Assembly (NCBI GenBank): GCA_964603255.1
Contig: CAZRVA010000004.1
Location: 3,532 to 58,688 of the forward strand
Reading direction: 5' to 3'
From: an uncultured Chitinophaga sp.
GTDB taxonomy: Bacteria; Bacteroidota; Bacteroidia; UKL13-3
Length of the DNA: 55,157 nucleotides
Shown: piece after piece, positions 38,044 to 47,954 of the stretch
Layout: each line of letters begins with the position of its first letter
Position numbering within the stretch: the stretch's first letter is position 1
The notes under the pieces: generated by a model
What the model was told of the DNA's origin: nothing
What the model saw: only the letters and a program-made list of their open reading frames with translations
The model's database searches: none
Translations under genes and position numbers: made by a program

Positions 38044-40707
38044 ATGCGAATAATTTTATTCCTCATATTGTTTAACTGTATTTCTGTAAACGCTCAACAT
38101 TGCAGTTACGACCACACAGCACTTATTGGTGTGCGTACTTTGGATAAAAATAAACAATTTATAAAAGGTCTTCGAATAATCATGCTAAATGAAAATGGCA
38201 AACCTTTATTGGTTAATAAGCACGTATACAAAAACAATAAATACATCAGCAGTTACGAGGATACTGCTGAATTTTGGCAAAACCCAAGTCCAACAAAAAC
38301 AAATCATCTAAAGATAAGAGAAGAAGACAAAAGGCATTTTATTCAGGCCGGACAAGACTACATTTTATTAACCGGATATAAAGGGAGGGCTGAAAAAGGC
38401 CGATACATCATCATTGAAGACACAGACGGAGATGCTAATGGAGGCAAATTCAACACCAAAATTGTTTATGTAAAGCCTGAGCACATCCAGGGTTTATGTG
38501 GTTACCCTGATGATAAGCAATTTATTGCACAGTATCTTCCTTTGGTTATTGAACTTGATCCATTTGTTGACCGAAGCAAATTTGTAACCATTAAAAAAAT
38601 GAGTGGATACACATTTATTTACGATAAGTCGCCACTTGCTCCATGCCCTGAGTGTAAAGGCTGTTATTGCGAATCGTTAATTGTTTTAGGTCATGATAGC
38701 GCCATATTATTTAATCGGGTGTTTACTTTTAACAGTTATGAAGACAATCATAATCAGTCGAATATTATTGAAGTTGAAGATTACAATTTTGATGGTTCAC
38801 CTGATTTTAGGTTTACACAAGCAGATGGGCAAAAGGCAAATTATTTTGTATTTAATACAAAACGAAATTCATTTATTGAAGACCCCTTGTTAAACAGCTT
38901 CGATAAAATTGAATTTAATTTTAAAAGTAAATATTTTATAGGAGATAAACTTGCATTTTATCCAACAGACAGCGTGCTCAAGAACATCAACAAGACCAAC
39001 GAAAACCTTGACTATCAATCACGCTATTATGTAAGCGGAACAGCTACCAAATATGTAAAAGAATTCTACAGAAAGTACCTACACACTAAAGATGGATTAA
39101 GAGCTGAAGACAAAACAAATTATTACAAATACGAAAACTATACGCTCACTCCTATTTCTGAAATGGCCTATGAGCAATATGAAAAAACGCTAGTTAACAA
39201 TGAAGTGATTTACCATGTTACGCCATTTAAATTTGTTTTAGAGAAGAACTGTAAAGGAGTTGTATTGCCGGCAGAAAAAGGCTACTATGCAAATAAAATT
39301 AGCATTTACCAAGCCAATTCAACAAAGCAAATATTTAGCATGGTGGCTGTTGGTAATAAACTAAAGGAGATGAGTGGTTGCTCAGATTCTCTGCAAATTG
39401 CCGACTACAATTTTGATGGTTATCCTGATTTTAGGGTATGCAACAACAGTATTTCGGGAAAACACACCTACTACATTTACCATAAAAAACGCAATACATT
39501 TATTGTTGAAAAAACGCTTTCTGAATTGTTTGGACTAACCTTTGATTTCGCAAAAAAAATTGCCAAAGGCAACACCGAAAGAAAAGAGTATATGGGTTAT
39601 CCATGGGACAGTCCATACCAATATTACATGGAAACGCTGCAATTTGAAGGTGAGGCGTTAGAAAATTTAATTGTTACAACCACTACTTACGGAGGTGGCA
39701 CTGTTGTTACTGCTCAAGCCAAATACATCAATCAAAAAAGAATATACAAAGGCGATACTTTGGCTGTAAAAATTCAGAAAAACAACTTACTCTTTAAAAC
39801 CGTTGGTCCTTTTAGGTTTGAAGTAGAGTTTAATCCCGAGGATTATAAACCCAGTGGCGAAAAGGGTTCTTATGTAAAAATCTTAAACATTTACCAAAAA
39901 GAACGAAGGGTTGGACACTTTGAAATGCATGGTAATTATTTAAAAGAAGTACCACATTGGTTAGATAGTTTAGAAATTGCAGATTATAATTTTGATGGTT
40001 ACCCGGATATCAGAATGTATAATAGTAATATTGCCAATGGCAGTTATTCGTATCTGTTATTTAATCCCGAAAAAGAGGTACAACAATTTTATGAGGATGG
40101 CTTATTCTCATCTTCTACTGAAACCGAATTCATACCCAATCAAAAAATATGGAAAGGAAAAATTGTGGAATCTAACCTCACCAGATACTTGTTTTTGAGA
40201 AATGACACCCTAACCATCACCATTCAAGATAAAGACCTATCAAAACCACCTTTTATTGAGGAGAGCACATATAAAAATGGGAATAGAAAAGGGATACGAA
40301 GCGCTTATGGAAAATTAGAACCTGAAGTAAAAAAAGAATTTGGCGATTACAATTTTGATGGCCACGAAGACTTCAGGCAACAAAGCCCAAAAAGCCCTTA
40401 CTATTGGGATGTGTTTATTTATAATCCCAAAAAGGAATCGTTTGAAAAAGATACCTTATTGAGCAAATTTGAGGTTTTCAACTTTAACAAACATGAACGT
40501 AAACTTGACGGTTATTACCGTTTAAAGGTTGATGAACTTACCTGGAAAACATATTATTACCAGTGGAGTTTTACAGAAAAGAAAATGATATTGTATCAAG
40601 AACAAACCTGTTATTCAAAATACCCAATGTCAGAAAGTCAACGCTGTATAATTCGTAAATTGATTGATGGCAAATGGATAGAAACAGAAACGTTTGGAGC
40701 TGAGTAA
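38044..40707 (+). CDS. Secreted protein with four DYNFDGxxD (XAC2610-like) modules
   Basis: Signal peptide MRIILFLILFNCISVNA-Q; motifs DYNFDGSPD, DYNFDGYPD, DYNFDGYPD, DYNFDGHED, each followed by a Y..F...K..F segment. Confidence 0.8.
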   Translation: MRIILFLILFNCISVNAQHCSYDHTALIGVRTLDKNKQFIKGLRIIMLNENGKPLLVNKHVYKNNKYISSYEDTAEFWQNPSPTKTNHLKIREEDKRHFIQAGQDYILLTGYKGRAEKGRYIIIEDTDGDANGGKFNTKIVYVKPEHIQGLCGYPDDKQFIAQYLPLVIELDPFVDRSKFVTIKKMSGYTFIYDKSPLAPCPECKGCYCESLIVLGHDSAILFNRVFTFNSYEDNHNQSNIIEVEDYNFDGSPDFRFTQADGQKANYFVFNTKRNSFIEDPLLNSFDKIEFNFKSKYFIGDKLAFYPTDSVLKNINKTNENLDYQSRYYVSGTATKYVKEFYRKYLHTKDGLRAEDKTNYYKYENYTLTPISEMAYEQYEKTLVNNEVIYHVTPFKFVLEKNCKGVVLPAEKGYYANKISIYQANSTKQIFSMVAVGNKLKEMSGCSDSLQIADYNFDGYPDFRVCNNSISGKHTYYIYHKKRNTFIVEKTLSELFGLTFDFAKKIAKGNTERKEYMGYPWDSPYQYYMETLQFEGEALENLIVTTTTYGGGTVVTAQAKYINQKRIYKGDTLAVKIQKNNLLFKTVGPFRFEVEFNPEDYKPSGEKGSYVKILNIYQKERRVGHFEMHGNYLKEVPHWLDSLEIADYNFDGYPDIRMYNSNIANGSYSYLLFNPEKEVQQFYEDGLFSSSTETEFIPNQKIWKGKIVESNLTRYLFLRNDTLTITIQDKDLSKPPFIEESTYKNGNRKGIRSAYGKLEPEVKKEFGDYNFDGHEDFRQQSPKSPYYWDVFIYNPKKESFEKDTLLSKFEVFNFNKHERKLDGYYRLKVDELTWKTYYYQWSFTEKKMILYQEQTCYSKYPMSESQRCIIRKLIDGKWIETETFGAE

Positions 40708-40708
40708 T

Positions 40709-41173
40709 ATGAAAAACAACATGATTAAACTTTTCAGGACAGTACTACCGTTAACCATTCTTTTTATGTTTATCATAACAAAGTGGTGGTATACTTTACC
40801 TGTTGATGGGCCTGATAAATTGTATTGGGGTTTTCCGTTCGCTTTTATGGGCGAAGGCTTTCACACTTCCATGTCGTTACAGTTTTTTGCCTTAGAGTTT
40901 TTGGCTGATTTTATGGTTTATTTCAGCATAATCTTATTGTTGGTTTTAGCCTTTACAAAATGGTTTTCTACTTTTCAAATCTCTAAAATATTTACCAAAA
41001 CCGTTTGGTTATTAAACCTTGTTTTATTGATTGGATTTGGCTTTATTCTAACAACATCAAACCCGATTTTTAAAATAAAACGAAATTACGATTGGAAAGT
41101 ATTGCAAACTGGCAGTGTTTATTTTTGGCAAAAAACACCAAGACCAGATATTAATCAATATCAAAACAAATAA
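40709..41173 (+). CDS. Hypothetical membrane protein
   Basis: Three hydrophobic segments and a WGFPF motif; starts 1 nt after the upstream stop. Confidence 0.65.
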   Translation: MKNNMIKLFRTVLPLTILFMFIITKWWYTLPVDGPDKLYWGFPFAFMGEGFHTSMSLQFFALEFLADFMVYFSIILLLVLAFTKWFSTFQISKIFTKTVWLLNLVLLIGFGFILTTSNPIFKIKRNYDWKVLQTGSVYFWQKTPRPDINQYQNK

Positions 41174-41181
41174 ACAACTTT

Positions 41182-42150
41182 ATGTGCTGGATAAAAGCAT
41201 TAACAATCACCACTCTCCTATTTACGCTATCTTTTGTAGGATGTAAAACCACTAAACAAAAAGAACAACCCAAATATGAGGACAGTTTTATTAAAATCAC
41301 ATCAAAAAAGAATGGTGTTCCTACCTCATACATTACAGGAAATGTAAAGTCGTTAAACGATGGACAACCAATAGCATTTGCTATTGTTACACTATATTCA
41401 AAAACTAAGCAATTGAGTACGCAAACTGATGAGCAAGGTAATTTCACTATTAAAGATATTGCTATAGATTCCTACAGACTAACAATTCGTGCGGTAGATT
41501 ATGATAATGAAGATATAGCTTTTGGTATGGAGGAGCATACAATATTTGTTGTAGAAGCTAGACTAAAGGAAATTAGATTACACACAGAAAAACCTGTTAT
41601 TTACATCTACCCAACTCAACAACAACATGTTAATGTTAAACTGAATTATGCAGGTAATTTAACCCACACATATCCAAAATACCCCGAAAAAGGCTGGAAT
41701 GTAATAGCCGAACCTAACGGTACTTTATGGGATGAAGACGAAATGGAATATTATGCGCTATTTTGGGAGGGCACCCCTCATAAACCTTTAACTGCAAAAG
41801 ATGGATTTGTAATAGCCGGAAAAGAAACTGCAAAATTCTTAGAGGAAAAACTGGCTTACCTTGGTCTTAACAGACGCGAAGCCAACGAGTTTATGATGTA
41901 CTGGCTGCCAAGGATGGAAAATAATGCCTATAACCTGATTCACTTTTCTGGTGAAGATTATGAATCATTAGCAGAACTAAAAATTACACCTCAACCTGAA
42001 ACGTTTATCAGGGTGATGATGCTCACGCGACCTTTAACAAATAAAATAGATGTTCCGTTGCAAGATTTAAAACCATTACACAAAACCAGAAAAGGATTTA
42101 CCGTTGTTGAATGGGGAGGTAGTGTAATTCATCATTCAGATATTCAGTAA
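41182..42150 (+). CDS. Lipoprotein: carboxypeptidase-regulatory-like domain plus conserved uncharacterised C-terminal domain
   Basis: Lipobox SFVG-C; beta-sandwich (ITGNV..LNDGQPIAFAIV...TDEQGNFTI); C-terminal EKPVIYIYP...YYALFWEG...EFMMYWLP...FTVVEWGG. Confidence 0.8.
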   Translation: MCWIKALTITTLLFTLSFVGCKTTKQKEQPKYEDSFIKITSKKNGVPTSYITGNVKSLNDGQPIAFAIVTLYSKTKQLSTQTDEQGNFTIKDIAIDSYRLTIRAVDYDNEDIAFGMEEHTIFVVEARLKEIRLHTEKPVIYIYPTQQQHVNVKLNYAGNLTHTYPKYPEKGWNVIAEPNGTLWDEDEMEYYALFWEGTPHKPLTAKDGFVIAGKETAKFLEEKLAYLGLNRREANEFMMYWLPRMENNAYNLIHFSGEDYESLAELKITPQPETFIRVMMLTRPLTNKIDVPLQDLKPLHKTRKGFTVVEWGGSVIHHSDIQ

Positions 42151-43316
42151 TGAAAAAAATTAAATTTATTATGCTTGTCATTGTGTTTGTCGTTTTGCAC
42201 AACCAAGCTTGGGCCAATTTAAAGTACCACCCGGTAAGTTTTGTTTTAAGTAAGGATAAGGATAGTTATTACGAGGGTGAAAAAATTACATTTAACATTA
42301 CCATAACCAATACCAGTAAAGAGAATACTTACCCCGTGCTGTTGCCTCATACCCAGAATGTGGGACAAAAATTGTTTTATTTAAACGCATACGACAAAGC
42401 AAACAACACCTTACTTTTAAGATACACCGAAAACAAAATGCTAAACATGATGGTACATGATACCGGTACTGTTAAAATTAAATATTTAAAGCCACAAGAG
42501 CAGGTTGTTGTTGCTATTTACCTGAATGATTTTGAAAACTATTACAATTACCACACACAAAATGCTTCTCATCATAGCTTTGGCGTTCCATTATTTGCAG
42601 GGCTTTACAAAGTAAACGTTACTTACAACCCACATGGAATGTTGTTAGGAGATAGTATTTATAACTATTATAACGACTTTGATAAAGATATTCCCATAAA
42701 TGGCAAATTAGCTATGCCTACCAATGGTCAAATTACCCAAATGATTGATTTAAAAATTAAACGAAGTAAAGACACCATAGTAACTATAGAACGCAAAACA
42801 TACTACATTAAAACAGATGGCTACAGGTACTTCTATCTATCAAAAAATTTACCGCAACTAACAACTGATACCACCTGCCATCATATTACAGATCTTCCAC
42901 CCGACAGTTTTTCGATTAAAAACGAATATTTCTACAGCCATTTTACCGATTTGTATGCCGAGTACATTACTCGTTTTGATGATGGAGATATAAGAGAATA
43001 CAGGAGGTTTACAGATTACTGTCCGGAATATTTGTATACCGAGAGGTATAACGCTTTCAAGCAAAAAACACATTTCGAAACTCAACTTTACGACAAGCGA
43101 TTTTACAGTATATCCTACCATCAACCCGGCAATAAAATACACCAAGAAACGTATTGCAGTGCTGATGGAACATTATGTAATGTTACCACCTATGTTTATG
43201 ACAAAAAAGGTGAATTTAAACGCAAAGAAATCACACAAACACAACCCTGTGTAGAGATAGAGATTGATGGTAAGAAAAGAAGCTATCACTTGGTTGAACA
43301 ACTGGAAGGACAATAA
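42150..43316 (+). CDS. Hypothetical secreted protein
   Basis: Signal peptide MKKIKFIMLVIVFVVLHNQAWA; TAATG overlap with the upstream stop; Tyr-rich, beta-rich C-terminal half. Confidence 0.7.
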   Translation: MKKIKFIMLVIVFVVLHNQAWANLKYHPVSFVLSKDKDSYYEGEKITFNITITNTSKENTYPVLLPHTQNVGQKLFYLNAYDKANNTLLLRYTENKMLNMMVHDTGTVKIKYLKPQEQVVVAIYLNDFENYYNYHTQNASHHSFGVPLFAGLYKVNVTYNPHGMLLGDSIYNYYNDFDKDIPINGKLAMPTNGQITQMIDLKIKRSKDTIVTIERKTYYIKTDGYRYFYLSKNLPQLTTDTTCHHITDLPPDSFSIKNEYFYSHFTDLYAEYITRFDDGDIREYRRFTDYCPEYLYTERYNAFKQKTHFETQLYDKRFYSISYHQPGNKIHQETYCSADGTLCNVTTYVYDKKGEFKRKEITQTQPCVEIEIDGKKRSYHLVEQLEGQ

Positions 43317-43319
43317 ACT

Positions 43320-44108
43320 TTATTTACTTTCCCCTCTTAAATAGCCAATAACTTTTTGGTTGAATATTACAGCTTGTTCTACATTAACCACATGGCCACA
43401 GTTTTGTATGATAAACAATTCAGAAGATTTTATGTGGTTAGCAACTACCTGTTTTACATAGGGTAAAAACATATAATCTTCCTCGCCCATTACATACAAA
43501 GTTGGTATGTTTAATTCGGTTTGACGGAACCATCGCAACACGGGATTAATTTCGGCTGTAAGTTTAAACCACTTAATAAACTCTTTTTGGTATAACTTTT
43601 TAGCCTCGTTAATAAACAACAAACGCGATTGTTTGTGGTTCTTTTTGGGCATGATTACGAATGCAAAAAACTTGTAAAGAACCAAATATGGCAATACGTA
43701 TTTAAATAGGTTACCCACGCGCATTAATATTTGCGAACGGAAATTCATTTTTAAAATTGCACCTCCTAAAATCATGCTTTTTACACGTGCAGGATGCATT
43801 TCTGCCAATTGCCTGATAACAATTGTACCCAACGAAATTCCAATAAAATGAGAGGTTTCAATCTTTAAATGATCAATTACTTCCAACACATCTTCTGCAA
43901 TGGTTTTAAATGCGTAAGGTTTATTAAGTTTGGGTTGATGCTGTTCTTTCGAGCTTCCGTGCCCACGTAAATCCAACAAAAGCACGTTAAAATGCTTACT
44001 AAAATCCTTTATTTGTTTGAACCAAACGTTTGAGCTACCTCCTGCACCATGAACAAAAGTTACCCAATCTTTGGCGTTTTGGTTTTTATATATGGTGTAA
44101 GCGATCAA
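43320..44108 (-). CDS. Alpha/beta fold hydrolase
   Basis: FVHGAGG, DLRGHG, GISLG nucleophile elbow, GEEDYMF, CGHVVN. Confidence 0.92.
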   Translation of the reverse strand: MIAYTIYKNQNAKDWVTFVHGAGGSSNVWFKQIKDFSKHFNVLLLDLRGHGSSKEQHQPKLNKPYAFKTIAEDVLEVIDHLKIETSHFIGISLGTIVIRQLAEMHPARVKSMILGGAILKMNFRSQILMRVGNLFKYVLPYLVLYKFFAFVIMPKKNHKQSRLLFINEAKKLYQKEFIKWFKLTAEINPVLRWFRQTELNIPTLYVMGEEDYMFLPYVKQVVANHIKSSELFIIQNCGHVVNVEQAVIFNQKVIGYLRGESK

Positions 44109-44195
44109 TTTTTAATATTTTGCCGAATGTACTGCTTTTTCAATAAACCAAAATCAATTTGTATTGTTGTAAAACATCAAAAATAAAATTAGCAC

Positions 44196-44702
44196 ATGCA
44201 CATAGATAACCTAAGAATATTAGAAACCATTGCAGTTATCGTTCTGTACATCGTATTGTTTTTTATCACCAAAACCCTCATCAACACTGCTTTAAAAAAC
44301 GCTCAACTTCAGCGTACCCGTAGAAAAATTATCATTAAAGCGGTGCATTTGTTTACCACCTTAGCTGCTTTAACCTTAATTGCGGGTATATGGGGGTTGA
44401 AACAAAATGAGATTGCTCTTTTTGCAAGTACCATTTTTACGGCTTTAGGCATAGCATTTTTCGCGCAATGGTCGTTGCTTTCTAATATTACCTCAAGCAT
44501 TATTTTATTTTTTAATCACCCACTAAAATTAGGCGATACCATTAAAGTATTGGATAAAGATTATCCGTTTGAAGGTGAGATAACCGAGTTGTCGTATTTC
44601 TTTATTCACCTAAAAACCAAAACCGGAGAAATCATCACCATTCCAAATTCTTTGGTTTTACAAAAATCTATTTCGGTGGTGGTTAAACGAGAAAATGAAT
44701 GA
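44196..44702 (+). CDS. Small mechanosensitive channel (MscS) domain protein
   Basis: ALGIAFFAQWSLLSNITS..ILFFNHPLKLGDTI, TIPNSL. Confidence 0.88.
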   Translation: MHIDNLRILETIAVIVLYIVLFFITKTLINTALKNAQLQRTRRKIIIKAVHLFTTLAALTLIAGIWGLKQNEIALFASTIFTALGIAFFAQWSLLSNITSSIILFFNHPLKLGDTIKVLDKDYPFEGEITELSYFFIHLKTKTGEIITIPNSLVLQKSISVVVKRENE

Positions 44703-44758
44703 AAAACTATTACAAGCCCAATCTAGCAAAACCCTCTTTTAGCTTCGCTGAACTAAGT

Positions 44759-44791
44759 TTCGATACATGCCGAATACTCGGCACACTCGAA
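44759..44791. repeat. Isolated REP-like imperfect hairpin
   Basis: TTCGATACATGCCGA-ATAC-TCGGCACACTCGAA nested inverted repeat. Confidence 0.45.
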
Positions 44792-44846
44792 CAGGCTTTA
44801 ACTTAAAATATAAACTTAACTAACCAAAGAACTTAACAACTATTGA

Positions 44847-44917
44847 ACGAAACCACAAACTATAAACCCCAAACTAAAAACCAATAACTATTCAACCAAT
44901 CAACCATACCAACAAGC
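44847..44917 (+). repeat. Low-complexity A/C tract (AAACCAC/AAACTAT/CAACCAAT units)
   Basis: Degenerate 7-8-mer units running up to the PIG-L start codon. Confidence 0.5.
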
Positions 44918-47389
44918 ATGACTAAAAAAACAATAGCCCTATTTTTTGTATCCTTTTTGTTTGTGGCAACCACCTTTGCCCAAGCTCCTCGCTCCTACAC
45001 CAGCAGCGAAATTTTATTGCAACTTAAAAAGTTAAACACCGTTGGTTCGGTGCTATACGTTGCGGCTCACCCCGATGATGAAAACACCCGACTAATAGCC
45101 TATTTGGCCAACGAAAAATGTTTGCGTACCGGTTATTTAAGTTTAACCCGTGGCGATGGCGGTCAAAACTTAATTGGCCCTGAGCAAGGTGTGGAGTTAG
45201 GTGTGATACGCACGCAAGAGTTATTGGCTGCGCGCAGAATTGATGGTGGCGAACAGTTTTTTACCCGCGCTTACGATTTTGGTTTCAGCAAATCGCCTGA
45301 AGAAACTTTACAAAAATGGAACAAGGATTCTATTTTAAGTGATATGGTTTGGGTGATACGCAACTTTAGACCCGATATTATTATTACCCGTTTTGCAACC
45401 GATGGCAGCGGTGGACACGGACATCACACCACATCAGCTATATTAGCCGAAGAAGCTTTTGATGCCGCAGGCGACCCTACCCGATTCCCAGAGCAATTGC
45501 AGCATGTAGAGGTTTGGAAACCACGCAGGTTATTTTGGAATGTTAGCACACGTTTCCAAAATCCAAATGCGGATATGAGCCCTTATATTAAGTTGGATGT
45601 GGGTGGATACAACCCATTGTTGGGCAAAAGTTATGGTGAGATTGCAGCCGAAAGCCGCAGCATGCACAAAAGCCAAGGCTTTGGCAGTGCCAAACAACGT
45701 GGCGAATACTTTGAGTACTTTAAACCCATTAAAGGCGATACCGTAGGATTGAAAGACATTTTTGAGGGGATTGATTTTAGTTGGAAAAGAGTGAAAGGTG
45801 GTGCGTTAATCAGCAGTTTAATCAATGATTGTGTGAGAAGGTTCAGCTTTCAGAACCCTAATTTAATTTCAAAGGATTTGTTTCAAGTAACAGGAGCAAT
45901 CATGAAAAGTCCTGACTACAAAAATTATTATCATTGGTATAAAAAAGCTGAACAAATTTTACTTGCTTGTGAAGGGGTATTTATTGAGAACACCAGCTCT
46001 AAATACAATTATAGTATTGGCGAAAACGTAATTATTGACAGAACAACTATCAAACGAAGCAGAACAGTTAGTGGTTCATTAGTTAAAGACTCATTTAACT
46101 ATCAACCCAAAAGTATCACCAATTTATACTGGTTAGCAACACCAATATCTAATAATCTTTTTAATGTGCCAATAAAACAAAACTTGCTGGAAAACGATAT
46201 GCCTCCATTCAGCTTTCTTGCAACAACAAAAATTAAAATCGACCAAATGAACTTTAGTACCTGGCATTCGCAGTTTTACAAATGGGTCGACCCGGAAAAA
46301 GGTGAATTATACCGCCCGGTGGTAATTACGCCTCCTGTAATGATTAATCCACAAAGTAAATTGGTTACATTTACAGATAGTAAAGTTAAAGAACTTCGTG
46401 TAAGCCTGAAAGCCGGAAGAGATAGCGTACGTGGCTTGATTCAAATTGCCTTACCCAAAGGTTGGAAAGGAAGTAAGTTTAACAATCAACTCAAAGCACC
46501 AACAGAGAGTGCCTTCACATTTAGTTTAGCTAAAAAAGGCGATGTTGAGGATGTTGTTTTAGAAATAAATCCATACGAAGGTGCTCAAGACACCACAATC
46601 AGCATTACTGCCTTAGTTGATGGCCAAACCTACACCAAAGGCATCAAAGAAATCAAATACGATCATATTCCTATTCAAACCTTATTCCCAGAGGCAGAAG
46701 TAAAATTGGTGAAGTTAGATGTGGTGAAAAAGAGCAAACGTATTGGCTACATTCCCGGTGCAGGCGATGAAGTACAAGCGTGTTTAAGTCAGCTTGGTTA
46801 TGAAGTAACAACGTTAACCGATGATAAATTAGCGAGTGAAAATTTGAGTGTGTATGATGCAATTATTACCGGAGTGCGTGCTTACAACACCAATCCAAAG
46901 CTGTTGTCCTTCAAACAAAAACTCATGGATTATGTGGCTGCAGGAGGTAACTTAATTGTGCAGTACAACACCAACAGTTGGGCTGGTCCGTTAAGCAGCG
47001 ATATTGGTCCGTATAAGTTTAAAATTACCCGCAACCGCATTACCGATGAAGAAGCAAAAGTGAATTTCTTGTTGCCAAATCATCCGGTATTTAACTCACC
47101 CAATAAAATTACCGAGAAAGATTTTGAAGGTTGGATTCAGGAGCGAAGCATTTACCATGCAGGCGATTGGGATAGCAATTATGTGGCACCTATCAGCATG
47201 ACCGACCCATACGAGATGACTGTTGGTGGCGTATCGCCCAAAGGTAAACCCGATAATGGCGCATTAATTATTGCAAAACATGGCAAAGGAAATTTTGTGT
47301 ATACAGGTTTAGTTTTCTTCCGCCAACTCCCTGCAGGAGTTCCGGGTGCTTACAGGTTTTTAGTGAATTTGATTGAACTTGGAAAGTAA
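44918..47389 (+). CDS. PIG-L/LmbE family deacetylase with C-terminal accessory domains
   Basis: AAHPDDEN, SLTRGDGGQN, GHGHH, SRSMHKSQGFG; C-terminal IGYIPGAGD...GGNLIVQY...FFRQLPAGVPGAYR. Confidence 0.93.
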   Translation: MTKKTIALFFVSFLFVATTFAQAPRSYTSSEILLQLKKLNTVGSVLYVAAHPDDENTRLIAYLANEKCLRTGYLSLTRGDGGQNLIGPEQGVELGVIRTQELLAARRIDGGEQFFTRAYDFGFSKSPEETLQKWNKDSILSDMVWVIRNFRPDIIITRFATDGSGGHGHHTTSAILAEEAFDAAGDPTRFPEQLQHVEVWKPRRLFWNVSTRFQNPNADMSPYIKLDVGGYNPLLGKSYGEIAAESRSMHKSQGFGSAKQRGEYFEYFKPIKGDTVGLKDIFEGIDFSWKRVKGGALISSLINDCVRRFSFQNPNLISKDLFQVTGAIMKSPDYKNYYHWYKKAEQILLACEGVFIENTSSKYNYSIGENVIIDRTTIKRSRTVSGSLVKDSFNYQPKSITNLYWLATPISNNLFNVPIKQNLLENDMPPFSFLATTKIKIDQMNFSTWHSQFYKWVDPEKGELYRPVVITPPVMINPQSKLVTFTDSKVKELRVSLKAGRDSVRGLIQIALPKGWKGSKFNNQLKAPTESAFTFSLAKKGDVEDVVLEINPYEGAQDTTISITALVDGQTYTKGIKEIKYDHIPIQTLFPEAEVKLVKLDVVKKSKRIGYIPGAGDEVQACLSQLGYEVTTLTDDKLASENLSVYDAIITGVRAYNTNPKLLSFKQKLMDYVAAGGNLIVQYNTNSWAGPLSSDIGPYKFKITRNRITDEEAKVNFLLPNHPVFNSPNKITEKDFEGWIQERSIYHAGDWDSNYVAPISMTDPYEMTVGGVSPKGKPDNGALIIAKHGKGNFVYTGLVFFRQLPAGVPGAYRFLVNLIELGK

Positions 47390-47395
47390 AAGGAA

Positions 47396-47944
47396 TTAAC
47401 CATAAAGGGAATCTAACCACGAGGGCCACTAAGAAAGCACTAGGTTCACCAGGCTGGAATAAAATAGTTGACAACCATTAAGATCTCTATGAACACGAAT
47501 AATTATACAGAAAATGAGTTATCGAAAATAGTTTTTGATGCCTCGCTTAAGGTGCACAAGGCTCTTGGACCCGGATTACTCGAGTCTGCATACCAAGAAT
47601 GCCTTTACCACGAATTGAAAAAGACGGAATTGTTTATTCAAAAAGAAAAGCCACTTCCTTTAATTTATGAAACAGTAAAACTAGATTGCGGATACAGACT
47701 AGATTTAATTATTGAAGACAAACTCATCATTGAAGTAAAATCAGTTGAAACATTAACAGACATTCATTTGGCGCAAGTACTCACCTATTTAAAGTTATCA
47801 AATTGCAAGTTAGGCCTGCTAATTAACTTTAATGTTCTTTTGTTGAAAGACGGATTCCGGAGGGTTATAAACGGTAATTTAAAATAGTGTACTTAGTGAA
47901 AACCTTTGTGCCCCTTGTGGTAAAAATCATGTCGCTGTGGTTAA
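47396..47944. mobile_element. GxxExxY cassette 2 bounded by imperfect inverted repeats (47396-47442 / 47885-47944)
   Basis: Nested complementary blocks TTAACCA/TGGTTAA, ACCACGAGGGCCAC/GTGCCCCTTGTGGT, CACTAAG/CTTAGTG, CACTA/TAGTG. Mobility is inferred. Confidence 0.5.
47489..47887 (+). CDS. GxxExxY protein (PD-(D/E)XK-like)
   Basis: LGPGLLESAY, YRLDLIIED, IEVKSV, AQVLTYL, GLLINFN. Confidence 0.95.
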   Translation: MNTNNYTENELSKIVFDASLKVHKALGPGLLESAYQECLYHELKKTELFIQKEKPLPLIYETVKLDCGYRLDLIIEDKLIIEVKSVETLTDIHLAQVLTYLKLSNCKLGLLINFNVLLLKDGFRRVINGNLK

Positions 47945-47954
47945 ATATAAATTT

